Below are positions 11,813-23,221 of a stretch of 64,000 nucleotides of DNA, in pieces. The notes under the pieces were generated by a model. The model was given only the letters and a program-made list of their open reading frames with translations. It did not search any database and was not told where the DNA came from. The position numbers and the translations under genes were made by a program. Origin of the DNA: Acholeplasmataceae bacterium (GTDB lineage Bacteria > Bacillota_I > Bacilli_A > Acholeplasmatales > Acholeplasmataceae). The stretch covers positions 512,001-576,000 of the forward strand of contig OY763415.1 in NCBI GenBank assembly GCA_963667565.1. The letters run 5' to 3'. The first letter of the stretch is position 1. Every line of letters begins with the position of its first letter.

Positions 11813-12667
11813 ATGGCACAATTTAATATACATTTTTTTAAAGAAAAAACTAGACAAATCGATTTAGAACAACTGATTGTTTTCTTTGAAAACATTGAGG
11901 GGTTTAAAGTTGAAATGGATGAGCAAAGCGTTAGATTTATCTATGTCCATCCGAGACTTGGATACAAAGCACTTTTTATGATGACACCAAAATCTCAAGT
12001 ACCTGACATCTATCGATTAAATCCTAAGTTTTTAGACTTGAATTTTCATTTAGAACTGCCAATTTTAACACCCAATTATGTTGCTTTACAAGTCTTTGAA
12101 CTTGCTAAAAAAGTAAGTGAAAGATTTAACTTCGCAATCTATAATGAAATGTTTGAAAATGTATTAGCATTTAAAATGGATACAGTCTTTAAAGTGTTTA
12201 CGATGCTAAAAGATGCTTATATGGAAAAAAACCCTATCATTTTAAATGATTACTATTATTTGTCGACAGATAAACTCCATCTCATTTATCGTTATTTGGA
12301 TGACTATCAAGAGTTACAAAAGTATTATCAAGAACTTAATACTTATGTACCAAGATATCACTTTTTAACAACAAATAATAAAAAACTTGCACTAGCGATT
12401 GAATGGAAAGAACATACATTAACGTTATTTCCAATCGATTTAGACTATATCTTTTATAGAGTTGATCAAACCATTAAAGTTTATGATGCAAAAGAAGTTT
12501 TTGAATTAATTGAAAAATATTTAATTGATGTTCCCGGTTTTATTAAAGGAACAAAAGTGATGACTAAAAAAACAGCGAAAAAAGTTCATAAGATCATCAG
12601 AAAAGCAAAACTTAAGGATATGGATGATCAATTTAAACGTGCTGAACTACGATTTATGATTGATTAG
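11813..12667 (+). CDS. Hypothetical protein
   Basis: 284-aa ORF with SD and upstream TGTTAAAAT; no motif recognised. Confidence 0.7.
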   Translation: MAQFNIHFFKEKTRQIDLEQLIVFFENIEGFKVEMDEQSVRFIYVHPRLGYKALFMMTPKSQVPDIYRLNPKFLDLNFHLELPILTPNYVALQVFELAKKVSERFNFAIYNEMFENVLAFKMDTVFKVFTMLKDAYMEKNPIILNDYYYLSTDKLHLIYRYLDDYQELQKYYQELNTYVPRYHFLTTNNKKLALAIEWKEHTLTLFPIDLDYIFYRVDQTIKVYDAKEVFELIEKYLIDVPGFIKGTKVMTKKTAKKVHKIIRKAKLKDMDDQFKRAELRFMID

Positions 12668-12675
12668 TATTAAAT

Positions 12676-13338
12676 ATGAGATTAGTAGAACATATTATAG
12701 GATTCATTGTATTATCACTAGGCATTGTATTTGTTATTAATGCAAAACTTGGTGCAGGATCAATGGATGCCTTTAATTATTACTTAACACAACTGATTAA
12801 AGATGACGCAAATATCATTACACTTGGACGCGTTGCAATTTTGAATGGGACGTTTGCAGCAGTGTTAGCATATTTGATTTCTAAAGATAAAAAAGTATTT
12901 ATCAGTTTAATCTACATTTTTATTGTAGGTAACTTCATTGATATGTGGCAATGGGCATTTAATTATGTACCAGTAAACATCTATGATCAATTGCATGAAA
13001 GACTCATTCTTTCATCATTTGGTGTTATTATTATCAGCTTTGGTGTAGCAATGACACTCATGTCTGGTCATAGACCTTCACCATTTGAAAGTTTACTGAT
13101 GTCACTTGATAAAAAAATAGGTAATATCGCAATAACAAAAATATTGATTGATGGTAGTTATTTAATTGCTGCATTCATCTTAGGATTTATTTATGGTCAT
13201 GTCTTTGAGCAAATAGGTCTTTTTACCATCGTATTAACATTTTTAACAGGCGTTTTAGTAAAGCATTTTTCGAATCAAATACATAGATTCAAATCTAGAA
13301 AAGGAGCGAAAGAAAATGTTATTAAACAAACATATTGA
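12676..13338 (+). CDS. YczE/YyaS/YitT-like membrane protein
   Basis: Multiple TM segments; AKLGAGSMDAF and PSPFESL repeated half-motifs. Confidence 0.7.
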   Translation: MRLVEHIIGFIVLSLGIVFVINAKLGAGSMDAFNYYLTQLIKDDANIITLGRVAILNGTFAAVLAYLISKDKKVFISLIYIFIVGNFIDMWQWAFNYVPVNIYDQLHERLILSSFGVIIISFGVAMTLMSGHRPSPFESLLMSLDKKIGNIAITKILIDGSYLIAAFILGFIYGHVFEQIGLFTIVLTFLTGVLVKHFSNQIHRFKSRKGAKENVIKQTY

Positions 13339-13990
13339 TCACACTAAGTTAGGTGCTAATGTTTCAAAAGCACAAATTGATCAATTAATTGAGGAAGCAA
13401 TCAAATATGATTTTAAGAGTGTTTGTGTTAATCCAATATGGGTAAAACATGCAAATCACAAACTTAAAAAAACAACCGTATTAACATGTACAGTGATTGG
13501 TTTCCCACACGGTACACATCAACCAAATGTAAAGAGATATGAAGCAGAACAAGCAGTGTTGGATGGTGCAGAAGAATTAGATATGGTGATTAATGTAGAA
13601 GCTTTGAAGGCAAAAGATTATCATACAATTCATGAAGAAATCAAAGGTGTTGTTGAAGCAGCTGATGGACTTGTCGTTAAAGTGATTTTAGAAACATGTT
13701 ATTTAACAGATGAAGAAATTGTTAAAGCATGTGAAATTGCAGTCCATGAAGGTGCTAATTTTGTCAAAACATCAACTGGTTTTGGTACACATGGTGCAAC
13801 AGTTGAACATGTGCGCTTAATGAAAGAAACAGTCAAAGATAACGCTGAAGTTAAAGCTAGCGGTGGGGTTAGAACATACGAACAAGCCATGGTTATGATT
13901 GAAGCTGGTGCGACACGTATTGGAACTTCAAATGGCGTTCAAATTATGGAAAGAGAAGGAAAAAATAATGATTCCAACAGCTCATATTGA
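13316..13990 (+). CDS. deoC: Deoxyribose-phosphate aldolase
   Basis: IDHT, VIGFPHG, VKVILET, FVKTSTGF and VKASGGVR motifs. Confidence 0.97.
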   Translation: MLLNKHIDHTKLGANVSKAQIDQLIEEAIKYDFKSVCVNPIWVKHANHKLKKTTVLTCTVIGFPHGTHQPNVKRYEAEQAVLDGAEELDMVINVEALKAKDYHTIHEEIKGVVEAADGLVVKVILETCYLTDEEIVKACEIAVHEGANFVKTSTGFGTHGATVEHVRLMKETVKDNAEVKASGGVRTYEQAMVMIEAGATRIGTSNGVQIMEREGKNNDSNSSY

Positions 13991-14678
13991 GTTAGATAAC
14001 AAAGATTTAATTGCAAAAACAGTATTGATGCCTGGTGATCCACTAAGAGCTAAATTTATTGCTGAAACATATCTTACAAAAGTAGTTCAAATCAATGGTG
14101 TAAGAAATATGTTTGGTTATACTGGATACTATGGTAAAAAAAGAGTCACAGTTTTTGGCTCTGGTATGGGTATGCCAAGTATAGGTATTTATTCATATGA
14201 ATTATTTAATTTCTATGGTGTAGAAAACATTATTAGAATTGGTTCATGTGGAGCTTATAGTCCAGAACTTAAGATTTATGATGTTTTACTTGCAACAGAA
14301 GCTGTCTCTGAGTCTTCATATGCAAAAACAATGGGCGTGACTTCAAGTAAAAAACTAAAAGCAAATAAGGCTTTAAATAATAAAATTTTAAAAGCAAGTG
14401 AAAAAACAGGTATTAAAGTAAGACCTTCAGTTATCCATTCATCTGATGTTTTTTATAGACTTAAAGGTGATGATTATAAAGTGCTTGTTGAAAAATATGG
14501 TGTAGAAGCTGTAGAAATGGAAAGTTTTGCTTTGTTTGCAAATGCAAAAGCATTAGGTAAAAGAGCTGCTTGTTTATTAACTGTTTCTGATTCATTTGTT
14601 ACACATGAAGCAACGACTGCACAAGAAAGACAAGAAGCTTTCACACATATGATGGAAGTAGCTTTAAATAGTATTTAA
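13968..14678 (+). CDS. deoD: Purine nucleoside phosphorylase DeoD-type
   Basis: PTAHI, MPGDPLRAK, GMGMPS and VEMES motifs; start reassigned to ATG 13968. Confidence 0.95.
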   Translation: MIPTAHIELDNKDLIAKTVLMPGDPLRAKFIAETYLTKVVQINGVRNMFGYTGYYGKKRVTVFGSGMGMPSIGIYSYELFNFYGVENIIRIGSCGAYSPELKIYDVLLATEAVSESSYAKTMGVTSSKKLKANKALNNKILKASEKTGIKVRPSVIHSSDVFYRLKGDDYKVLVEKYGVEAVEMESFALFANAKALGKRAACLLTVSDSFVTHEATTAQERQEAFTHMMEVALNSI

Positions 14679-15883
14679 TGAAATTTATTCAAAGCGATTT
14701 TAAAACGATACAAGTCAGTCTTTACATGATCGATTATGATGATGTTAAAAAGCGAGCGTATCGTTTTTTATTACCCAAACTGCTTACATCACACACAGAA
14801 AAATTTAATACAAGATTAGACATGAGTAAACATTTACAAGATTTATATGGTGCTTTATTGGGTGGAAGAACATATTATCTTGCAAATCTGAATGTGATTA
14901 ACATTGCATGTCAAATCGTAAATCCACAAATCGTCAATGAATCAGAATTATTAAAAGAGACAATTGACTTATTTTTAGACATGCTTGATCGAAAAACGTT
15001 ATTTAATGAGATGATATTTAATGAAGAAAAGCGAATGCTTATTGAACAATGGGATTCAATCAAGGATCAAAAGAGACTTTATGCAAACACTAAATTTAGT
15101 GCATCTTTTTATGGCAAACATCCTTTTGGTTATCCGCATAGTGGATACAAAGAAGACATAGAAGCAATCACACTTGAACAAATGTATGATTACTTTAAAG
15201 ACATCATCTCTACAAATACCATAAGATTTTATATCAATGGATATACAAGTGATCAAGAGATACTAAAAAAACTTGAAGCATTTGAACAGTATAAAAAACA
15301 TGAAATCAAATTTTCGCAAGTTGTTTTTGATGAACCTAAAAATGTAGTTGAAACATTGGATATGAAACAATCTATGATTAAAATAGGTTATGAACTTCCT
15401 GTTTTTAGAAATAATCCGTTATATGAAGCAGCAACCATGCTTGATTTAATGATCGGTGGTTATGTTGAAAGTCTTATGTTTAAAGTCATTAGAGAAGAGA
15501 TGGGCTTATGTTATGATGTAAGATCTTCATATGATTCGACACAAGGTGTCATGGTCATCTCAAGCGGTGTTGATCAAAGGAGAACCGATGAAGCTATTTT
15601 TCATATGAAGAAAATGATAGAATCACCGCTTAACTATGAGTTTAATGAAGAAAAATTAGAACTTGCTAAACAGTTTGTTACACATCAGATAAAGAGCAGT
15701 TATGATGATCAAAGTGCGATGACTAGTCGTTCATTTTATGATGATCTTTATCATAAAAATCTAACTATGGAAGAAAAGATTAACAGATTTCTAAATGTTA
15801 CATTTGAAGATGTTTTGCTTGCACATAAAAAATTAAAATTAAACACAGTTTATGTACTTACAGGTGATAATCATGATCATTAA
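14678..15883 (+). CDS. M16 family peptidase-like protein, non-catalytic YmfF-like subunit
   Basis: IREEMGLCYDV motif, no HxxEH, paired with the next gene. Confidence 0.8.
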   Translation: MKFIQSDFKTIQVSLYMIDYDDVKKRAYRFLLPKLLTSHTEKFNTRLDMSKHLQDLYGALLGGRTYYLANLNVINIACQIVNPQIVNESELLKETIDLFLDMLDRKTLFNEMIFNEEKRMLIEQWDSIKDQKRLYANTKFSASFYGKHPFGYPHSGYKEDIEAITLEQMYDYFKDIISTNTIRFYINGYTSDQEILKKLEAFEQYKKHEIKFSQVVFDEPKNVVETLDMKQSMIKIGYELPVFRNNPLYEAATMLDLMIGGYVESLMFKVIREEMGLCYDVRSSYDSTQGVMVISSGVDQRRTDEAIFHMKKMIESPLNYEFNEEKLELAKQFVTHQIKSSYDDQSAMTSRSFYDDLYHKNLTMEEKINRFLNVTFEDVLLAHKKLKLNTVYVLTGDNHDH

Positions 15884-17141
15884 AGAAGATAAAAGATTTA
15901 ATGAAAAAGTATATATATTAAAATTAAAAAATGGCATGCAAGTTCACATGTTACCTAAAGAAACGCCTTATTTTTCAACTTATGTTGAATTAAGTATGCC
16001 TTATGGTTCAAATCATCTTGATTATGCAATTGATGGAACAAACTATCAATTACCTGCAGGAAGTGCGCATTTTATGGAACATAAAATATTTGCCATGCCT
16101 TATGGTGACGCCTTTATTGAATTTTCAAATTTAGGTGTTGATGCGAATGCGATGACTTCTTATCAGCAAACGTCATATTTATTTAATGCAACCTCTCATG
16201 TGGAAGATGCATTAAAATTATTACTAGATATGTTAGATACACCTTATTTTACAGATGAAAATATCATTGCTGAAGAAAAAATCATAGCCGAAGAATTAAA
16301 AATGTATTTAGATGACATCGAAAATGTTATCTATCAGGATTTAATGTCAGCAATGTATAAAAATCATCCATTTAAAGAAGATATAGGTGGCACTTTAGAT
16401 TCTATTAAAGAAGTTGATAAAGATGTCCTAAATCGAATTCATCGTCATTTTTATCATCCATCTAATCGCTTAATTGTAATTTCTGGGCATATTGATATCA
16501 AGCAAATGAAGGCTTTCTTTAAAGCATACGATCAAAGTGTAAAAGAGATACTTCCAAAAATTAAATATGCATATGAGCCTAAAACGGTTGTTACTAAAGA
16601 AACTATTAAAATAAAAGATGTTTCAATTTCTAAAATGGTACTTGGTTATAAATTACCTTTATCATATAGAACAGGTTTAGAACAAATCAAACAAGAAATG
16701 ATTTATGGATTACTTTTTAATCTTATACTTGGTCCATCATCAATTCTTTATCATCGACTACTTAGCGAGCATAAAATTAATAAGAATTTCTATATGTCAC
16801 AGACATTTGAAGGGCATTTTGGACATTTTGTTGTGTTTGCTGATTCAAAAGATCCAATAGAACTTAAAGATTATTTAATTAAACAATTTGAAGAAGTCAA
16901 AGAAGATTCACTGACTAAAGAAGCATTCGAAAGATATTTAAAAGTTTATATTGGACAATTTGTATTCGCATTAAATCAAAATGACCATAAAGCATATATG
17001 TATGGAAAATATATACATAAAGGTACACATCTATTTGATGTCATTGACACGATAGCATCAATTAAATTTGAGGATATATTAAAAGCTTATGATGTGTTTA
17101 TTCATGCTTCATTTGCTTATGTCATTTATAAAAAGGACTAA
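15873..17141 (+). CDS. M16 family zinc peptidase, YmfH-like
   Basis: GSAHFMEHKIF (HxxEH) and ANAMTS motifs. Confidence 0.9.
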   Translation: MIIKEDKRFNEKVYILKLKNGMQVHMLPKETPYFSTYVELSMPYGSNHLDYAIDGTNYQLPAGSAHFMEHKIFAMPYGDAFIEFSNLGVDANAMTSYQQTSYLFNATSHVEDALKLLLDMLDTPYFTDENIIAEEKIIAEELKMYLDDIENVIYQDLMSAMYKNHPFKEDIGGTLDSIKEVDKDVLNRIHRHFYHPSNRLIVISGHIDIKQMKAFFKAYDQSVKEILPKIKYAYEPKTVVTKETIKIKDVSISKMVLGYKLPLSYRTGLEQIKQEMIYGLLFNLILGPSSILYHRLLSEHKINKNFYMSQTFEGHFGHFVVFADSKDPIELKDYLIKQFEEVKEDSLTKEAFERYLKVYIGQFVFALNQNDHKAYMYGKYIHKGTHLFDVIDTIASIKFEDILKAYDVFIHASFAYVIYKKD

Positions 17142-17157
17142 ATTAAGTCCTTTTTTT
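17131..17157 (+). terminator. Intrinsic terminator
   Basis: AAAAGGACT-AAATTA-AGTCCTTTTTTT. Confidence 0.7.
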
Positions 17158-17303
17158 ATAGATATATATCGTTTATTAAATGATTAGAGGTTGTATCTAA
17201 AGTTTGACTGAAAATATAGATTTGAGCTAAGAATCATCTTTAAATGTGTCATTAGTTTAATCGAAATCTTCCTTTTATAATGCACTTAAAAGGAGATGAA
17301 TAT

Positions 17304-17660
17304 ATGTTAAATCAGTTAATACTTATTGGAAGATTAACCCACGACCCCGAAATTAAAGTTCTACCAGACGGTAGAAAAGTAAGTGAAGTTGTGATTGCAG
17401 TACAAAGAAGTTATAAAAATATGGATGGTCAGTACGAAACTGACTTCATCAAAATCAGTTTATGGGAAGGGCTTGCTACAGCAGTTGAGAGTTATTGTAA
17501 AAAAGGTGTGATGATTGCTGTAAAAGCAAGACTACAAACCTATAAACTTGAAATTGAAGATGAACGAAAAATAAATATGCTTGAAGTCATAGGTGAAAGA
17601 GTAACATTTTTATCATCAGCAAACAAAACAGATGTAGAATTAGAAGAAAAAGTTCAATAA
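17304..17660 (+). CDS. ssb: Single-stranded DNA-binding protein (short form)
   Basis: NQLILIGRLTHDPE and ETDFI OB-fold motifs; ATG behind AAGGAG. Confidence 0.9.
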   Translation: MLNQLILIGRLTHDPEIKVLPDGRKVSEVVIAVQRSYKNMDGQYETDFIKISLWEGLATAVESYCKKGVMIAVKARLQTYKLEIEDERKINMLEVIGERVTFLSSANKTDVELEEKVQ

Positions 17661-17716
17661 AATGAACTTTTTTCATTTAAAAACATTGATAAATTATGTT
17701 AAAATAATTTAAGGAG

Positions 17717-19105
17717 ATGATATCAATGAGTTTTGATTTTGCAAAAGAAGTATTAAAAAGAAAACAACAAATTATAGATGATTTAACAGGGTTGATTAAG
17801 ATTAATTCTGAACTGACTACATATGATCCTAACCGTAAAGGAGCACCTTTTGGTGAAGGTATCAAAGAATCACTGGATTACATGATTGCTCTTGGAGCAA
17901 AAGATGGATTTGAAACGATCAATTTAGATGGTTATGCAGGTCATATTGAATATGGAAAACAAAAAGAATATGTAGGAATGATTGGACATTTAGATGTGGT
18001 TCCTGCAGGAAACGATTGGACATATGATCCTTATGGTGCTGAAATTCATGATGGTCTTATGTATGGACGTGGAACTGAAGATGACAAAGGTCCTACAATT
18101 GCAGCATATTATGCTATGAAAATTCTTAAAGAATTAAATGTTGATTTATCAAAAAGAATTAAATTGGTTTTAGGAACAGATGAAGAAACTGCTTGGCGTG
18201 GTGTGAGACATTATTTTAGTTTATATCCAGAAATGCCTGTTTCAGGATTTATTCCAGATGCTGATTTTCCACTTATTTATGCAGAAAAAGGAATTTCTAG
18301 AATATTTATTAAAGGTGTTTTAGAAGATACTGATTTATTATTTGTTCAAGGTGGATTTAGAGATAATATGGTCCCTGACTATGCTGAGGCTAAGCTCAAA
18401 CCTTCAAAAGATTATGCAGGTATGTTTGCTTTATTTTTAGAAAATAATGATTATCAAGGCGAAAGCAAAACAGAAGATGATCATGTATATATTAAAGTTG
18501 TTGGTAAATCTGCACATGGCTCTACACCACAATTTGGTGTGAATGCGATTGACTTGCTATTTAAATTCTTAAAAGAAGCTTTAGTCAAATCGCCAGTCGT
18601 TGATTTAGTCAATGATTTATTAATTGATGATTTTTTAGGTGAAAAATTAGGCGTTGCTTATCATGATGAAGAAATGGGAGATTTAACAAACAATTTCGGT
18701 GTGATTAAAACATTAGGTGATACATATCAAATTAGTTTGAATCTTCGTTATCCAAATGGTGTCATCTTTGATGATGTTGTAGAAAAAATCAAAGAAAAAG
18801 CTGCACCATATTTTGCTGAAGTAGATGTTGATAATCATCAAGCTCTTTTATATGAGGATCCAAATTCACCACTTGTTAAAACGTTAATGGATGTTTATCG
18901 TAAGCATTCACATGATAAACATGCACAACCAATCACTATTGGTGGTGGTACATTTGCAAGAGCAATGAAAAATACAGTTGCTTTTGGTCCACATTTTTTA
19001 GATAAACCAACTTATATTCATCAAAAAAATGAATTTATTGATTTAGACGATTTCTTTAAAGCAATCATTATTTATACAGAAGCATTATACGAACTCGCAA
19101 AATAA
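17717..19105 (+). CDS. pepV: M20 family dipeptidase PepV
   Basis: [30 protein letters not shown] and GGGTFAR motifs; start may be 17726. Confidence 0.9.
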   Translation: MISMSFDFAKEVLKRKQQIIDDLTGLIKINSELTTYDPNRKGAPFGEGIKESLDYMIALGAKDGFETINLDGYAGHIEYGKQKEYVGMIGHLDVVPAGNDWTYDPYGAEIHDGLMYGRGTEDDKGPTIAAYYAMKILKELNVDLSKRIKLVLGTDEETAWRGVRHYFSLYPEMPVSGFIPDADFPLIYAEKGISRIFIKGVLEDTDLLFVQGGFRDNMVPDYAEAKLKPSKDYAGMFALFLENNDYQGESKTEDDHVYIKVVGKSAHGSTPQFGVNAIDLLFKFLKEALVKSPVVDLVNDLLIDDFLGEKLGVAYHDEEMGDLTNNFGVIKTLGDTYQISLNLRYPNGVIFDDVVEKIKEKAAPYFAEVDVDNHQALLYEDPNSPLVKTLMDVYRKHSHDKHAQPITIGGGTFARAMKNTVAFGPHFLDKPTYIHQKNEFIDLDDFFKAIIIYTEALYELAK

Positions 19106-19115
19106 GGAGGTTTCT

Positions 19116-19982
19116 ATGAAACCCTATTTAGAATTATGCAAATATGTATTAGATCATGGTACATTTAAAATGGATCGTACTCAAACTGGGACGTATTCAG
19201 TATTTGGTTATCAAATGCGCTTTGATTTAAATGAAGGTTTCCCTCTTTTAACAACTAAGAAAGTGCATTTAAAGTCTATTATCCATGAATTATTATGGTT
19301 TATTAAAGGGGATACTAACATTAAATACTTAGTAGATCATAATGTAAGAATTTGGAATGACTGGCCATATGCCACTTATAAAAAAAGTCAAGATTATCAA
19401 GGCGAGTCCATGGATGAATTTGTCGAAAAAATCAGAACTGATGAAAAGTTTGCATCTATTTATGGTGATTTAGGACCTGTTTATGGTGCACAATGGCGAA
19501 ATTTTAATGGTGTTGACCAAATACAATATATTTTAGATGAGTTAAAAGAAAATCCTGCATCAAGACGTATGATTTTATCTGCTTGGAATCCAGCAGAAAT
19601 TTCTGACATGGCATTACCTCCATGTCATACACTCATTCAATTTTATGTTGCAGATGGTAAACTTTCACTACAACTTTATCAAAGAAGTGCTGATATTTTC
19701 CTTGGTGTACCATTTAATATTGCATCATATGCATTATTACTTATGATGGTTGCCCAAGTGACTGGATTTGAAGTTGGAGAATTTGTTCATACATTAGGTG
19801 ATGCGCATATTTACCAAAATCACTTAGAACAAATTAAGCTACAATTGTCTAGAACGCCTAAAAAACGCCCAATAATGCATTTAAATAAAGAAGTTAAGTC
19901 TTTATATGATTTCACATTTGAAGACTTTAAATTAGAAAATTATGAGCCATATCCTGCAATTAAAGGAAAAGTAGCTGTATGA
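19116..19982 (+). CDS. thyA: Thymidylate synthase
   Basis: DRTQTGT, ALPPCH and [18 protein letters not shown] motifs. Confidence 0.98.
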   Translation: MKPYLELCKYVLDHGTFKMDRTQTGTYSVFGYQMRFDLNEGFPLLTTKKVHLKSIIHELLWFIKGDTNIKYLVDHNVRIWNDWPYATYKKSQDYQGESMDEFVEKIRTDEKFASIYGDLGPVYGAQWRNFNGVDQIQYILDELKENPASRRMILSAWNPAEISDMALPPCHTLIQFYVADGKLSLQLYQRSADIFLGVPFNIASYALLLMMVAQVTGFEVGEFVHTLGDAHIYQNHLEQIKLQLSRTPKKRPIMHLNKEVKSLYDFTFEDFKLENYEPYPAIKGKVAV

Positions 19983-20446
19983 TTTCGATGATTTGGGCGA
20001 TGGATGAAAATTGGCTTATTGGTAAAGGTAATGAATTACCATGGCATTATAAAGAAGATCTAAAATATTATAAAAGTAAAGTTGATCAACAAGTTGTTTT
20101 GATGGGTGAACTTACTTATCAATCATTAAAAGGGTATTATAAAACTAAACCTCTTCCTTTTAAAAAAGCTTATGTATGTAATTTGGAAGATAAAACATAT
20201 GATGATGCCATACTTGTAAAAGACATTCATACTTTTTTAAAACAAACTGATGAAGATATTATTATCATTGGTGGAAGAACAATATATAAACTTGCACTTC
20301 CATACGCTGATCGATTATATATTACATATGTATTAAATCACCATGAGGGTAATGTGTATTTTCCTAAATTTGATTTAAGTGCATTTAAGTTAGTCAGTAA
20401 AGAAGTGATTCCTTCTTTGATTTTTGCTGTTTACGAAAGGAAGTAA
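19979..20446 (+). CDS. folA: Dihydrofolate reductase
   Basis: [19 protein letters not shown] and LYIT motifs; follows thyA. Confidence 0.92.
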   Translation: MISMIWAMDENWLIGKGNELPWHYKEDLKYYKSKVDQQVVLMGELTYQSLKGYYKTKPLPFKKAYVCNLEDKTYDDAILVKDIHTFLKQTDEDIIIIGGRTIYKLALPYADRLYITYVLNHHEGNVYFPKFDLSAFKLVSKEVIPSLIFAVYERK

Positions 20447-20449
20447 AAC

Positions 20450-21238
20450 ATGCTTACACTATTATTTTTAGTTATATATGTTTCTATGATTGTTGGTGTC
20501 TATCTATGGACCCATTTATGGTATCTCATTCCTGTTGCTATCATCATTGGTTATCCACTTGCATTGGCAGTTGTGATTTTACTCATATATATCAATTTTC
20601 CTTGGATGGCAAAAACAAAACCGACTAACAAGTTAAAAAATGATATTGCTTATCAAATTATTTATTTAGTAAATCACTTTTTCATTAGAATTAAGTTAGA
20701 TGTCGAAGGTAGAGAAAATATTCCTCCTAGAGGAACGTTACTAACAACTTATGCAAATCATAAGTCATTATTAGATCCACTGCCAATCATTGAATTGCTA
20801 AAAAGACCAACAACATTTACACCAAAATCAGAAGTGATGTCTTATCCATTGCTTGGTAAATACTTAAAGTATTTAGGTTCAATGGTGATTGATAGATCAA
20901 GTGATAGAAATACTGCAAAAGGTCTAGTTGAAGCAATTAAGAATGCAAAAGATGGTATGAATTATTTGATATTTCCTGAAGGTGGCATTCGTACACGTGA
21001 AGTTGAACACATGGTTGAAATGCGACCAGGTGCTTATAAATTGGGGATGAAAGCAAAAACAAATATGCTTGTCATATCAATGAAAAATATGACTCAAATC
21101 CCAAAACGTTGGCCATTTAAATCAACAGTAATAAAGATGAAAGTTCATCCTTTAATTCGTTATGAAGATATTAAAGATATGCAAACATCTGATATTGCTC
21201 AAATGGTTTATGATATGGTTAATGGTGATTTTGAATAA
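20450..21238 (+). CDS. plsC: 1-acyl-sn-glycerol-3-phosphate acyltransferase
   Basis: NHKSLLD (HxxxxD), IDRS, IFPEG, N-terminal TM segments. Confidence 0.88.
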   Translation: MLTLLFLVIYVSMIVGVYLWTHLWYLIPVAIIIGYPLALAVVILLIYINFPWMAKTKPTNKLKNDIAYQIIYLVNHFFIRIKLDVEGRENIPPRGTLLTTYANHKSLLDPLPIIELLKRPTTFTPKSEVMSYPLLGKYLKYLGSMVIDRSSDRNTAKGLVEAIKNAKDGMNYLIFPEGGIRTREVEHMVEMRPGAYKLGMKAKTNMLVISMKNMTQIPKRWPFKSTVIKMKVHPLIRYEDIKDMQTSDIAQMVYDMVNGDFE

Positions 21239-21243
21239 AAAAT

Positions 21244-21272
21244 AAATGCCTGTAATGAAACAGGCATTTTTT
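21244..21272. terminator. Bidirectional intrinsic terminator
   Basis: AAATGCCTGT-AATGAA-ACAGGCATTT between convergent genes. Confidence 0.8.
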
Positions 21273-21856
21273 TATCGTTTTGGATTTTTTTTATGTTCAA
21301 TGAGTTTAATACGATTGGGTTCAACTTCGAAATAGAGAATGTCACCATTTTCTAATAAGTAATCTGCAAAATTATAGGTCTTTGGATCACTGTAAACAAG
21401 CAATGCTTTAATGACATGTGAGTGAGCTACACAGATGAGTTCTAAATTGTCGTATGTTTCAAGAAGTTTATAAGTTTGTTCTTTAATTCTATATATTAAT
21501 GCTTGATCGACTTCAAATGAATGATGTTGTGTGTAAGATTTTCTTACGAAATCTCTACCCTTATCGATGGTTTGTCCATCTAAGAATCCAAAATCTCTTT
21601 CAACATAGTGTTGGATTACCTCTATCGGTTGTTTCATCTCTAGATAATCTTTAATCACCATTGCAGTTTCTAATGCTCTTGATAAAGGAGAACTTAAAAT
21701 CGCATCGAAATGATGATTTTCCGATTTTAAAAAGTGTGCTAAATCAAGTGCCTGTTTTCTCCCATTTTCATTTAATGGAATGTTAATTCTTCCTTGTACT
21801 AAGCCATTATAATTATAATTTGTTTGACCGTGTCTTACCATAGCAAGTTTTATCAT
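21272..21856 (-). CDS. Histidine phosphatase family protein
   Basis: VRHGQT, SSPLSRALETA and VAHSH motifs. Confidence 0.88.
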   Translation of the reverse strand: MIKLAMVRHGQTNYNYNGLVQGRINIPLNENGRKQALDLAHFLKSENHHFDAILSSPLSRALETAMVIKDYLEMKQPIEVIQHYVERDFGFLDGQTIDKGRDFVRKSYTQHHSFEVDQALIYRIKEQTYKLLETYDNLELICVAHSHVIKALLVYSDPKTYNFADYLLENGDILYFEVEPNRIKLIEHKKNPKR

Positions 21857-21925
21857 TTTTTATCACCGTTGATATTATAACATAACTATAAAATTTGTGA
21901 TAAAATATTATTGAGGAGTGATCTT

Positions 21926-23221
21926 ATGCATGTAATAGATTTGATTACAAAAAAACGAAACGGAGAAATTTTAACAAAAGAAGAGATTGAATTTTTAATT
22001 CAAACTTATACGATGGGTAATATTCCGGATTACCAAATGAGCGCCCTTTTGATGGCTATTTTTTTTCAAGGGATGAATCATGAAGAAGCAACACACTTAG
22101 CGTTATCGATGAGAGATTCAGGAGATGTGATGGACCTAAGTGAAATTAAAGGTATTAAAGTCGATAAGCACTCAACCGGTGGTGTTGGTGATAAGGTGAC
22201 TTTAGTCTTAGCACCTATTGTTGCGAGTTTAGGTGCAAAAGTAGCAAAAATGAGTGGTAGAGGTTTAGGTCATACTGGTGGAACCATTGATAAATTAGAA
22301 AGTATTGAAGGATTCCATGTTGAAGTAGCACCTCAAGATTTTATCAATCAAGTAAATGAAATTGGAATTGCAGTTGTTGGACAAAGTGGGCATATTGCAC
22401 CTGCAGATAAAAAATTATACGCACTTCGTGATGTTACTGCAACTGTAGATATTATTCCACTGATTGCATCATCAATCATGTCAAAAAAATTGGCAAGTGG
22501 TGCAGATGCTATCGTTTTAGATGTTAAAGTAGGTCATGGTGCCTTCATGAAGACTGAAGACGAAGCCAAAGAACTTGCTCAACTTATGGTTGATATTGGT
22601 AAATTAGCAGGTAAAAAAGTTACAGCTATTTTAACAAATATGAATGAACCATTAGGATTTAAAATTGGTAATGCATTAGAAGTTTATGAAGCCATCTTGT
22701 CACTTAAAGGACAAGGACCAAAAGATTTAATGGATGTTGTTACAGTTATTGCTAGTCAATTGTTAATTGATGCACAAATCGCCGTTGATGATCAACAAGC
22801 AAGAACAATGATTGAAGAGAGTATTCAATCAGGTAAAGCTTATGATAAATTTGTAGCATTTGTTAAAGCGCAAGGTGGAAATGTAGATGTTCTATCACAC
22901 TTTGAAGACTTTATCGCAAAAGATTTAGTTGATGTTGTTGCAGATAAAGAAGGTTTCATTGTTGATATGGATGCTTTATCTATTGGTAGAGCTGCAATGA
23001 TTTTAGGTGCAGGTCGAGAAACAAAAGCTGATTTAATTGATCCAAGTGTCGGTATTGAAGTACATAAAAAGATTGGTGATTATATAAAAGTAGGCGATGT
23101 TATTGCTACTTTATATGTCAATCAAAAAGGTATTGAAGAAGCGAAAAAACTTGTTTTAAATTCACTTATCTTAGGAAAAGATAAAGTAGAACAAAAATTA
23201 ATAAGAGGTATTGTTAGATGA
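21926..23221 (+). CDS. pdp: Pyrimidine-nucleoside phosphorylase
   Basis: DKHSTGGVGDK, KMSGRGLGHTGGTIDKLE and SSIMSKK motifs. Confidence 0.96.
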   Translation: MHVIDLITKKRNGEILTKEEIEFLIQTYTMGNIPDYQMSALLMAIFFQGMNHEEATHLALSMRDSGDVMDLSEIKGIKVDKHSTGGVGDKVTLVLAPIVASLGAKVAKMSGRGLGHTGGTIDKLESIEGFHVEVAPQDFINQVNEIGIAVVGQSGHIAPADKKLYALRDVTATVDIIPLIASSIMSKKLASGADAIVLDVKVGHGAFMKTEDEAKELAQLMVDIGKLAGKKVTAILTNMNEPLGFKIGNALEVYEAILSLKGQGPKDLMDVVTVIASQLLIDAQIAVDDQQARTMIEESIQSGKAYDKFVAFVKAQGGNVDVLSHFEDFIAKDLVDVVADKEGFIVDMDALSIGRAAMILGAGRETKADLIDPSVGIEVHKKIGDYIKVGDVIATLYVNQKGIEEAKKLVLNSLILGKDKVEQKLIRGIVR

